A stretch of 64,000 bases of DNA from Blastocystis sp. Blastoise (Eukaryota; Protista; Bigyra: Opalinata): the NCBI GenBank assembly GCA_039096225.1, contig JBBPEB010000032.1, positions 558,001 through 622,000 of the forward strand, in the 5' to 3' direction. Position 1 is the stretch's first letter. Every line of letters begins with the position of its first letter. A program made the position numbers and the translations under genes. Under the pieces are notes generated by a model. It searched no databases. It was not told where the DNA came from and saw only the letters and a list, made by a program, of their open reading frames with translations. Positions 13,701-45,206 of this stretch are shown in pieces.

Positions 13701-15573
13701 CTATTACAAATCCTATTCATTTAAGATTAACTGAATGTATATCTATTTTAAATCATAGTAAAGTAAATGAAAAGAAAGAAGTTTTTGATGGTGTTATTAC
13801 AGTATTAATTAATAAGGTATATATGTTATTTTTATTATTTTTATTTTTTATATTATGTATATTATATATATTATATATATTATATTGTTTTTATTATTAT
13901 AATAAATAAATAAAAACATATATATTTAATAAATATAATAATAACTATATATAGATTCAGAGTGTATCGTTATCAAAATTGAATTGTGTTCAAGAGCATA
14001 TAATTATACGTATATTAAAATGTTTAAATACATTTAATATTGAAACAAAAAAAGAAGAGATAACTACTTCATTTATGAATATAGATGATATATATAATAC
14101 AAATAATTCATTATTTTATTTATTAATCTATTCTGAATTATTAGATTATAATACTTTAGATATACTTTTTGTATCAAAAATGAAGTCTATAGAAGATTCA
14201 AAATCGATATATATATTTGATCTTTTAGAACGTTGTATTTGTGTTCGTCATTTACGTTTATTATTACCTCAAACATTTACATATTTATTTGAAGAATTAA
14301 ATTTAAATGATAATTGTATATTTAATACTTCTCAATATATAAAACGTATTAATAATATGAAAAGTATTATATATGCTGCTATTCCTTCTTCTTCTGTTGA
14401 TTCTATAATTCAATTAAATACTGAATGTATATGGAATTATTATTATATAAATCAAGATAGATTCTTAATTCAAAGTAAACCATTCTTTGATTATTTATCT
14501 TTATTTCATATATTTGATTATAATAATATAAATAATATTGAGAATCAACATGAACAAATATCAAATATTAGTTATTTTATTAGTCATATATTAGAATATG
14601 TAATGCAATTAGATTTATCAAAACAAGAAAAAAATAATCCTCTTACATTTAAAAATATTGATATTTTTAGTAATATGTTAATATTATTAATTAAACAATG
14701 TTCTAATACTTCTTATATGATTATATTATATCAAGGTATATTAAAAGGTATTTCATTATTATTACATGAATATCATGAAAATCCTTCAAAACATTTTGAA
14801 ACACTTCCTTTTTATCGTGTAATTCGTACATTTATTACTGAAATATTTGAACCTTTATATAGAGAGACTTATGATATTAAATATTGTCTTCATATATTAT
14901 ATTTTTTAAATACTATTTCTCCTTCCTCATTACCTTCTTTTGTTTATTGTTGGTTAGATTTCATAGCTAATCCTTTTATTATACGTTTATTAGAAGATAA
15001 TAAGAAAGAAATTGTTGATAGTTATAAGAGTTTAATTATTTCTATTTTACGTTTTATAAAACCATATATAGTTAAAGAAGAATTATTTCCTGCTATAAGT
15101 CAATTATATAATGGATTATTAAGATTATTTTTTACATTAATGTTAGATATACCCAAGTTCTTTATGGAGAATTATTTAGATATTGTAATAGAAATCCCCT
15201 ATTTAGCTAGTCAATTACGTAATATAGTATTATGTTCTAAGCCCTATGAAGAAACTGATATTCCTTCTATTAATAATATAGATATCAATCAAATGGATAC
15301 TATACATAAGAGTCCTGTTATTAATACAGAATATAAACAACGTTTAGAAGCATGTAATATATTAACTTATTTAGATAATTATTTAAATACTAGAGATATT
15401 AAGAATATCAAAGAAATAGTTAAAGTATTTTATAAGGATCATATTTATAATTTACCTTTATTACAAAGTATTATATTATATATATCTGTTGAAGGTTATA
15501 ATCAAATGATTCAAAATAATAATAATAATAATGATAATAATAATAATGATAATAATAATAATAATAGTAATAC

Positions 15574-15634
<61 letters not shown>

Positions 15635-16021
15635 AATAGTAATTCAAAGAAGAATACTAAATATATATTCCCTGCTGATTTCTATGTATATTTATTAAAT
15701 GAATTAGATAATGAAGGTAGATATCATGTATTAAATATAATAATAGATAATTTACGTTATAAGAATGGACATACTTCTATTTTTATTACTTTATTATCTT
15801 ATTTATTTTTACGCCAACATGATATTTCTTTAAAAGAACAAATTATACATATTATTATTACACGTTTTGCTACTTCTAAACCTTATCCTTGGGGATTATT
15901 AGTATTTATAAAAGAATTAGATACGAATCATAAATATGATTTTTGGAATTGTGAATGTATTCATACGGATAATAAAATTGAACAAAATATTCGTTATTTT
16001 ATTGTTCGTGGATATAAATAA
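7956..16021 (+). CDS. CNOT1: CCR4-NOT complex scaffold subunit NOT1 (multi-exon)
   Basis: ATG at 7956 (MSNTTQLASSIHNLV). MIF4G region AVFALNNLS / RTLGNWLSLIT / PWLLGLL, DUF3819-like ELIHKDF, and C-terminal PSFVYCWLDFI, QLRNIVL, LRYKNGHT, KPYPWGLLVF...YDFWN. All introns GT-AG. Confidence 0.93.
10570..10735. repeat. (ATTT)n intronic microsatellite
   Basis: Near-pure TATT repeat inside a NOT1 intron. Confidence 0.9.
15514..15640 (+). repeat. Coding (AAT)n poly-Asn tract in the NOT1 C-terminal domain
   Basis: In-frame N-rich insertion between conserved NOT1 helices. Confidence 0.85.
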
Positions 16022-17305
16022 ATAGAATAACCAATATACTATTATTCTATTTTTTTTTTATTAAAGTATTCAAATTTATTAAACTTCTAAATATATTTAA
16101 TTTATCTTTATTTTTCTATCATTATATATATTTAAAGTTTCTTTTTTTTTATATTGTATATTATTTATGATATTTATCACATATATCTATTTTTTTCTTT
16201 TTTCCATTTTCTCATATTATGTATATATATAATCAAATTACAAACAGTCTTTATATATTTTTATTGATATATATATATATTTCTTATCATTATATTAAAT
16301 TTGATTTATTTTTGTTGTTGTTATATCTCTTATTTAATATATATATATATATAATTTTCAAGTCTATTTTTTCTTTTTTGCTTTTTTTTTCATTTATTTC
16401 TTTTTCATATTTTAAAAATACTTTTTATGTTATTTTAAAGACTCATTTTTATATTCCAAATATAACTTTATATAGACTGTTTATTTATATATTCTTAAAA
16501 ATAATATTGTTTTTGATATTTTTCATTTGCTTATTTTTATTTCTCCTGTTTTGAAATTTTTTTTTACAACCTTTGTTATTCATTCATTAATTTTGAATAT
16601 ATTTTCTATCTTTTTCTCATACATTCAAATCATATCGTCTTTTTGATTAATGTTTTATATTCAAATTTGTTCAAATAGTAGAATTATTATATATTTTAGT
16701 TTTGTTTTCAAATATAGAGGTGTTACATTTGATTATGAAATCTATGCTTATTATTTTATAAGAATTATACTCAAAATTTGATTTATAATTCACATTTTAG
16801 TTTTATTATTGATGCATATTTACAAGATAGACCTTATCGATATCTAAACTAGAAAAACAAGTTAAGAGAACATATAGTAATAAGAAACACACAATTAAAT
16901 TTTTGAAATATATATTATTGTTTTAAAAATGTATTTTCATGTAGATATGAATATGTACTATATCATTTATTCATATAAACATAAATTACTTGATTATAAG
17001 TATTTTAATGGCAAAAGAATATTTCAAAAACTAATCTACTTTTTTAGTTATTAACTGAAGTCTACTGAAACGTCAGTATTGATTTCGCGATAATCATGGG
17101 AATCACAAAAAAGAAGGCTTTATATCACCACATAATAAAATCAAGAAAAACAATGGATTTCTTGGTGAGAATGAGAAATAATCAAAAATCTGCTTAACCA
17201 AGAAACCACAATTTTGTATTAAACTTTTGCCTTTAATAAAATCATAATTCATTGTTTGATTCTTTGTATTTTATAAAATATTTATTCTTCTGAATATTAA
17301 AAAAC

Positions 17306-25847
<8,542 letters not shown>

Positions 25848-26381
25848 ATTATTTAATTATTTATATATATATATAATCATTATTATTATAATTCTATTTT
25901 TATTAAGTTTATTCCATGTTTTCTTGATTTTCTTGTAGTAATTATTATAATATTATATTTATATATATACATATAATTTCTTAGATGATTTAATTTTATT
26001 TGAATATACATATATACTTTTGTTATTTCTTCTAATATTCATACTTACTTATTTTTGTTATATGTATCTATATATATTTTCTTTATGTATTGTTGTTTTG
26101 ATATCGTATATGTCTGTTTTATAAAAAATATTTACTATTAATATTATTGCTTAGTTTATATAAAGTATATAGAACTAAAATACTATTATAAATAATAAGC
26201 TGAAAGAACAAATAAAGATATATATTTTTTTATAGAATTGAAAATAAATATTTATAAATATATAAAAAATGAAAAAACAAATCGAATGAAAAATAGGAAA
26301 AATAAGTATACTTTTTTTTTATAAATTAACTAATAGAATTAAACAATATATATTCAAATAATAAAAAAAATAAAATAAATA

Positions 26382-27064
26382 TTAATAAAAATAGGTTGTT
26401 TCATCATCATTTTTATAATTTATTCTTTGCTTATCATGTTGACTATTCTTCATGTCATCAATACAGGGTTGAATTGTATTAACCATATTCTTTATCAATT
26501 CCCATTGGTCTAATGTTAGAGATATACCTTTTTTAGTTGGTATATATTTACTATATATATATATTTATTAATCAAAAATAATGTTAATATATATTAAAAA
26601 AAGAATACTTATTTTCTACATCATATTGCCGAATATCAACGTAAATAACTCCTTTGAACTATATTTAAAATATAGCAATATGTATTATTTTTATTTTATT
26701 AAATAAATACGTAATTAACGCTAGCAAATTTTCTACTTGACAATTTAAAATATTTCTTGCCTGGATCAATGAATGTTGGCTCAATATAAGGTTCTGAGTT
26801 TGGTTGATGTGTATTCGTATATTTATCGTTTTGGGATTTCTATATTTTTTCAAAAGAATTAGAATTAATTTGTTGATTTTATTTATTTACCTGTTGGCTA
26901 TTATTTGAGTATGTATTTGAATTATTTCCTGGAAATAAAGTAGAATAACTAACATAAAAATAGTAAAAATGTAGTAATTATTTATACTAGTGACGCAAAA
27001 CAAGTTGAGTTTCAACTCTTATTTGTCTAAGAGTATGATAGCGACAGAATTGAGTTATAAACAT
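26382..27064 (-). CDS. PC4/Sub1-family ssDNA-binding protein with N-terminal presequence-like extension (5 exons; missed by ORF track)
   Basis: Spliced product MFITQFCRYHTLRQIRVETQLVLRHYYS...FKLSSRKFASVNYFKGVIYVDIRQYDVENNKYIPTKKGISLTLDQWELIK...TTYFY*. FKG..YVDIR.Y and P.KKGISL...QW are PC4-domain hallmarks. Four GT-AG introns keep the frame. Confidence 0.88.
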
Positions 27065-27335
27065 GTTACAATTGATGTAATATACGAATAATTTAAAATG
27101 TGAAGTACTAGCATGAAATTATGAAATTATCACTAAAGAAACTTGATTTGTCGTGGTTATTTATTCAACAACACATTATTTGAAAAAACAATTTTTGATT
27201 GTTATTATTATATAATATTCATAGATTCTTATAATATGATTAGTATCAAACAATATTATATTTCTATCGAATATGAATATATATTAAAATAAAGCTAAAT
27301 TAGCAAAAAAAAATAATTTCCCTCCAAAAACATTG

Positions 27336-27346
27336 TCGCGGGAAAA
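27336..27346 (-). promoter_or_regulatory. E2F-like element (TTTTCCCGCGA) in the ~440-bp divergent promoter shared by the PC4-like and CHD genes
   Basis: Matches the E2F consensus TTTSSCGC between head-to-head ATGs at 27064 and 27503. The same core is also frequent in exons, so function is unproven. Confidence 0.35.
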
Positions 27347-27502
27347 TGAAACAATCAGGTAGAAATTTTAATTTTTTAAAAATTGACGCTACTTTTTGCT
27401 GTTCTTCTTAAAATTTCAGGAGGGAAGCGTATAATTTTTCGAGGTATTTATTAATCAAGAATAAATCGTAGCTGATCATTTTGAGTATAAAAGTGATATA
27501 GA

Positions 27503-36072
<8,570 letters not shown>

Positions 36073-36472
36073 TAAGTTTTGATTCAACTACATTCTTTAG
36101 AATCGACTTATTTATTAGTATTTTGTGAAACATTTATTATCGAATATGTATTGTCTTTTTTTTAAGGTTAGATATACCTTCTTTTTCTTCATTTTTTTAT
36201 TCACAATGTGTTGTTCATTACATTTTTTCTTTTTCTTTGTTTTGATTTATTTTTCATTTCAATTTGTGTTTTGTTGATCTTTATATTTTTGTTTTGTTTT
36301 ATGTGTTTTGATCAAGAATATGAATAGAAATAAAGTTTAAAAGAAAAAAGAAAATAATTATAAGAAATCATACTATTCCTGGTATATTAAACTAAATAAC
36401 CGTGTTTTCAGAATTTTTAAAAACAAACAAAAAGAAATTTGATTTTTTATGCCAAAAGAAGTTTATATATAA

Positions 36473-38442
<1,970 letters not shown>

Positions 38443-39066
38443 ATATATTTATATAATAAATATTTTTTTTTCAATTATTATATAGCTATTAATATGTTTA
38501 TGTTGTTATGTGTTTATATATATTTATATATTTTTATATATTTCTTTATAGTGTATAATAATTTTTATTATTGTTTGTAATGTCAACCTCACTGTTTAAG
38601 CATATGTATATATATATCATGTGTATGAGTATACTTGTATTATAAAAAAATATCATATAGTATAATAATATGAAATATTATTATTTATGATAAGTATTTA
38701 TAATCAAATCAAACTACTATTATACTAATATAGAAAACAGATATCTAAATATAAATTTGATATATAGACCACATTAAAAAAGCATTTCATTTTCATAATC
38801 TTGTGATTATTGTACTAAAGTCAATATATATAATGTTTAAACAAATTTTTATAGACCAGAATTACTAAAATATAATTTAAAAAACTATTAAAAATATTAT
38901 GTTTTCTCTAATGATCCTGTGTGAAGTATATAAATAATTCTTATAAAAAACATATATTTTTTAAACTATAAAAACAACTTGAAGATTATATAAACAAAAA
39001 CTAATATACACATAAAAATATATTAAAGAATAAAAATAAATTTGCGTTATAGAATAAATAATAATA

Positions 39067-42000
39067 TTAATCATAATCTATTTCATGATAGTGAGTATAA
39101 TATTTCATTTTTAAATTAGGGTTATGTTTCTCCTTATATCTATTAAGTAATAATGTATAATTTGAATAATCATCCTCATCTATATAACATATATATATAT
39201 AACATATTAATAATAATAATAATAATAATAGCTATAATAATAATATATATACCATAAAAAGTTACTATAAGTACTCTTAAATTAGGAAAATGAAGATTTA
39301 AAATTAAATTAATTATTTTATACATATATGAAAATGGTTTAATATCTATATATACATAAATAATATATTTATTATTATACATACCTAAACAAAGGTGTAT
39401 AATTTTTTTACAATATTTTTGTTTAAGTTGATTATATATATAGTTATAATATGACTGCTTATTATCTTTTGAACATTCACTTAAATAATTATCTGTAAGA
39501 ATTGAAGTAATAGGTTTATGTAAATAAAATGAAAAAGAAGGAAAATATTTGAATACATTATAATTTGTTTGCTCAACTATATATAAATTAAAATATTTTT
39601 ATGTAATAATAAAGAATAAATAGAATAATACTTATAAAGTATATATACATAAAGTTAATTCAATAGTAAATTTTTCAAGTAGTGGAAGAGAGATAGAAGA
39701 ATTCATCTCGAATGATTTAATAAACGTAAAGAAACTTGTTAATTCAAAATGATCTTTACATATATAGATAATAAAATTAATAATATAAGTAATATGTAAA
39801 ATAATAATAATAATAATATAAATAATAATATAAATAATAATATACAACCATAAAAAAAAAAGAGTGATTTCAATTTAGTTAACTGATTTCTTTTAAAGAA
39901 GAATAGTAAACTATTTAGTATACTTGATGTATTGTTATCACCTATATACAATATATATATATATGATTTTTAAGCAACTTTATATAGTTTATATACATAA
40001 TGATAACGATAATTCTTGAATGTTTGACCATAAACATAAACTTTCACATTTTTTGTTTAAAAATAAATAATTTCTAAAAAAGCTATCTATAAAAATTTAT
40101 TTAAAAAAAATTCAATCCATAGGATAGATATAATAAAATAAATATGTACTTGTACGTAACATCTTAATATTGTTTGAAAATAAAGAAAAGAATTGAAAGA
40201 GTAAAGTATCAAGTGTATACATATCTATATCATTTATTGTTTCCGAGGCATCATCTATAATCATATAAAAATATTTATTATTAATTTATAATTTATATTA
40301 TATAAACTAATTTATATAATAATAATAATAATATAAATAATTATATATATTGTAAAATATACAAATATCTAAAGAAGTAACATTATTATAATTCCCTTTA
40401 CACAGAAAAGAAAGGTATTTATTGATGAACTCAACATCATATTCTTCTCTATTATATATCTTACCAAAGTATATATTAAATTTTTGTAATTCTTTATAAT
40501 TCATATTCATATATATATTCTCAAGATGTTCTAATGTTTCGTAAGAAATTGAATCAATTTCTATTATAAATGTAAAATAAATAATTATAATAATTATATA
40601 TATACTAATAATTAATGATTTAAATGGATATACACTTAAATCAATAAGTGAATAATCACTAGGTTCATAATCCATACGAGAAACTAAATATATAAAAGAA
40701 TAAATTATAATAATAATATATAAATATATATATAAAATATATTAAAATATATATATAAACATACATATAAAGTATATTAAAATATATATATATATATATA
40801 TACATATATATTTAATAGTTCCTATTGTTAATAATCCATTATCATATAATTGTTTCCATGTTGAAATAAATATATCAACACTTATATTAGCTATATATAT
40901 TATATTATGAAATATATATATAGAATACCTTTAATACTAAAACTATGCTGCTTCTTTGCTGTTATAAGGTGATTATGAATATTCTTATTTTTTAAAAAAC
41001 ATTCAAAAGAATAATGATCCTTTTCTTGAATTGTATCCATTAAATTTAATAATGAAAAAGGTATTAATATATATATCTTAGATAAAGATACATCTTCTTC
41101 GTGATATGTATCAAAAGGAAACATATATATATGTAACTTTGGAAAATTATCTCTAGTAATTAATGATATAATATCTTGAAGTAGATTTATATCATAATGA
41201 TAAATTGTCTCCACTATATATATAGATATATACTCTATTCTTAATATATATACGTACATTCTATATATAATGTAGTTACATTTGGAAATACATGAGTTTT
41301 AATAATCTCTTTAAATAATTGTATATATTCAGGATACATTCTTGTACTTATAACTATATATTAAGTTATATATATATGTATATATACGTACATTTAGTGA
41401 AGTCAAATACTTCTAACGACGAATATAGTGAATCTTTTAATAATAATAATAAAGGAGGTGTTTCTAATTGTAATAAAAATATTCTATCACTACCTATATA
41501 TATATATATATATATATATGCTATAATATGGATACCATAAATATCTATATTCTTGAGTTGTTTACATATAGGTAAATTTAATATATATAATAATATATCA
41601 TTATATTCATCATAATTATGACTATATATAAATTAGTAACAATAAATATTATATATATATATATTAAACATATATACCATAATATTGGATGTTGTTGATC
41701 AATTACTATAAATAAATTTATTATAAATTATATATATATATATATTATACTTTCATTATCATCAACAAATATAAAATAATATAACGAATGTATTATTTTG
41801 TCATCAATCGGTGAATCCATCTTCTGTTTCTCTATCATTTCTTCATTATATTCACGGGAATAATCAGATAATGATTCTATATATAAATCTGGTTTCTCTT
41901 CTTCTTTCTCATTTCTTATTTCTTCATCAATATCTATATCTATAATTTCATCATGAATATTTTCTTCATTTTCTTCTTCTTCTTCTTCAATACTCTCATT

Positions 42001-43012
42001 ATCCCCGTAATTATTCATTGGTTGTATATGAACTCGAGCTACTAATATATTTGCTTCTATTTCTGGATGTTTATCTCTATATCTACAATAAGCTTCAGGA
42101 TAATACTTTCTATAATATTGACGTTTATATTCTTTATATAATGGTATATAATGAGTATCAGTTGGTTTTATTGGTATATAGTTCTTTAATGGATAATAAC
42201 AACATTCTATATAATATTCTTCTAATTTGGGGAATATTTCATGTAAATTGGAGGGATATATATATTCATAAGGAATCCTATCATCAAATGAATCTGTATA
42301 TAGTTATTATATATATTATAATATATATTGATATACATTCTAAAGTAACTTTTACAATATTCAAATATTCAAATAGATAAGAATATTGAAGAAATAACTT
42401 GTTTCTTTCCTTAGTAAATACATCTAAATAATAATATGAATAAAAAAAATAATAATAATCGAAATAAATATCAGAATAGCAAACCTTTTATGTTCATATA
42501 TACACTATTATCTCTGAAATATAAATCTATCTCACTATCTCTATATGTATATATTATTATTATTATTTTTAACGAACATACACTTTACAATTATTTTCTT
42601 TAATAAATATCAAGAATAATTTTATGAGGATATCTGTAATTGTCATTTGATAATCAATCGAATCGTTTCCTAAAAAATGAATTAAAGTTTCATTCAAATC
42701 AATAAGTTCCTGAAATGTAAGTGAATCAAGAGAAACAGAATTACAAATGATATCCACTAATCTATCAATAGACAAAAATGGAGAATCAATATAATAAGCA
42801 TTCTCATCTTCTAAATAATTTTCAGAACTCTCATATGTTTTATATAACATAGAATTTGAATATTTCTTCAAAAACGACAATGGAATACTTATTTTCCTCT
42901 CATCCTGGAAAATAAAATTTATATATGATATTTCATCACCTTCAATACTTTGTGAACTTAAATTATCGAATTTTCGCTTCTCATATATAAATTCACTTGA
43001 TTCTTGTGACAT
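39067..43012 (-). CDS. BTB/POZ-like N-terminus + LRR-like repeats; paralog of the gene at 148-4828
   Basis: ATG at 43012. FIFQDERKISIPLSFLKKYSNSMLYK...AYYID is BTB-like. Spliced frame ends HEIDYD-TAA at 39067. Shares exon boundaries and motifs with the first gene. Confidence 0.78.
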
Positions 43013-43155
43013 CCTTCAAGTACTATTAAATAATATATATGTTTCTAATATATATGTAATACATAAAATAAATTTATTATTGATATTTTATTATTTAAGG
43101 CACCATTAATTAGGAAAAAAAGAAAATCTACTGAATCTCTGAACAAGTTTCAAAG

Positions 43156-43293
43156 CACAGTTCGGCATAAGCTACCCAGGGTAGGGACTCTTCCCCAGAA
43201 GGTTTTTGTCCTACACCTTGAGTCGCCAGAAGTACCCTTAAACTAGTTTTTTGGGTATTTTGTATCCCAGCAGAGTCTTTATGGCGAACCCTG
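43156..43293 (-). mobile_element. MITE-like element, copy 1 (hAT-like TIR CAGGGTTCGCCA)
   Basis: GC-rich island. Reverse complement is about 85% identical by eye to 52199-52338. Imperfect terminal inverted repeats; right flank GTCTGGAC. Confidence 0.7.
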
Positions 43294-44004
43294 GTCTGGA
43301 CATATAAAATATATATTTAATGCAGTTGGTATTAAATAAATACTTATGTTTAAATATTATTCTTTTTTAAATCGTGTATTGTGTCACATAAGAATTAAAA
43401 TAAAATGAGATATTCATTTAAATTACTTATTTGTATGTTAACATGAGAAATAAGAAGAGTATGTGACTTTCCTAAGTATGAGTAAACAAAAGATATATAT
43501 AAAAACTATAATTAAACAGAAGACAATATCTAAATAATTAAGGTACAAACAAACAAATATAAAAAATATGAATCAACAAAAGGAATGTTAGTACAACAAT
43601 AGAAAAGAAAAATAAATAATAAATATATATAGATATATATATAAAGAATTTAAAAAAAATGATTACAAACATAAACAAATGATAATCAAAATAGATACGT
43701 AACGAAGAAAAAATATAAAGATATTAAAAAGAAAAAAAAATAGAGTAGCTTTTTGTCCATAAAAAAATAAGGATATTTCTTTAAATTAAATAGAAAAGAG
43801 GAGACGAATGAAAATTTCATGAATAATATCGCAGAATATATATAATAAAAATATAGTAAATAGTATTTGGTGAAAAACAAAATTAACACCGAAAAAAAAT
43901 CCAAAAAGCGAGATATATATATATATTTATTATTATTTAAATATAAAAAAGATATTATATATAGATATCTAACAATGAAGATATATAGATATATAATAGT
44001 ATAT

Positions 44005-44268
44005 TTAGAAGAATAGACCAAAGCAATGTAATAATGTGACTGCCATGAAAAGAATATAGACTCCTATAAGAGATAAGGAGAACCAACGGCGGAATTCATA
44101 ATGAGTAATAGGAACAATGATAATATTAGCAAGAAGAGCAATAAAGATGGTAGCAAAAGCTATATAAGTAAGAGGAGACTTTTGACCAAGAACAATATTT
44201 TCACCAGAGTTAATAATACTAGAAACCATACCCGAACCCATACCGACATATATATTAAATAAGGGACC

Positions 44269-44336
<68 letters not shown>

Positions 44337-44590
44337 TATATAATAATAATATATATATATATACCAGCAAAGCAAGCAGTAATACTCATTTCAGGATATC
44401 CTTGTTTAGCTAAAGTGACATCACTGACTAAATCATTAGCACCAGTTCCCCAAGAGAGAATAGTAACACCTAAAATGATTGGACTAATACCTGTAACGTA
44501 TCCTAACGCTTGGAATAAAGATACTATATACGAAAATAGATGAATAAAAATAATTATAGAATTATTCATAGAAATGCTATATATATATAA

Positions 44591-44625
<35 letters not shown>

Positions 44626-45146
44626 TATATATATATATATACCAATTTCATCAGCAATCATAGCAGTCCAATTAGCAGCTGTAAAGAATCCAAAAAGCAT
44701 AAGAATATTACTAAATACTCCATGAGGTACTTCTGTAGCTTTAGTATATTTCCAAGAAAGGAAAGCCAAAATAGAAGAGAATATAAGTACAATAATAATA
44801 TTAGGTACATAGGGAATCAAACAAGAGAAAAGACCCACTAAAGATATATAATATTATTTATATAATAATAATAATATATATAATAATATATATAATAATA
44901 AACTATATAATAAATATATAATAATAACATATATACAATCAAAATTGATAGCTATAATAAAGAAACACATGAATGAGCTAATAACAAGCCAGAATTTAGA
45001 GTAGTTTTCTCTATCTACCATGGGAATAGTACCTTTACGAAGAATAGAGAAAGGAATCATAATCACATAATTAATCTTTGAAAGAATACTCATTTGCTTA
45101 AATACACTCCATTCATCTATAATAAATGGATAATAATAATATATAT

Positions 45147-45206
<60 letters not shown>

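Noticed and set aside
16219-16554. Hydrophobic intergenic ORFs (also 7574-7852, 43686-44021, 51517-52175)
   Set aside because: F/I/Y/L-rich products expected by chance in AT-rich non-coding DNA.
41494-41535. GTATCCAT donor in the BTB-LRR gene
   Set aside because: Lacks the TT of the U12 donor and any branch consensus.
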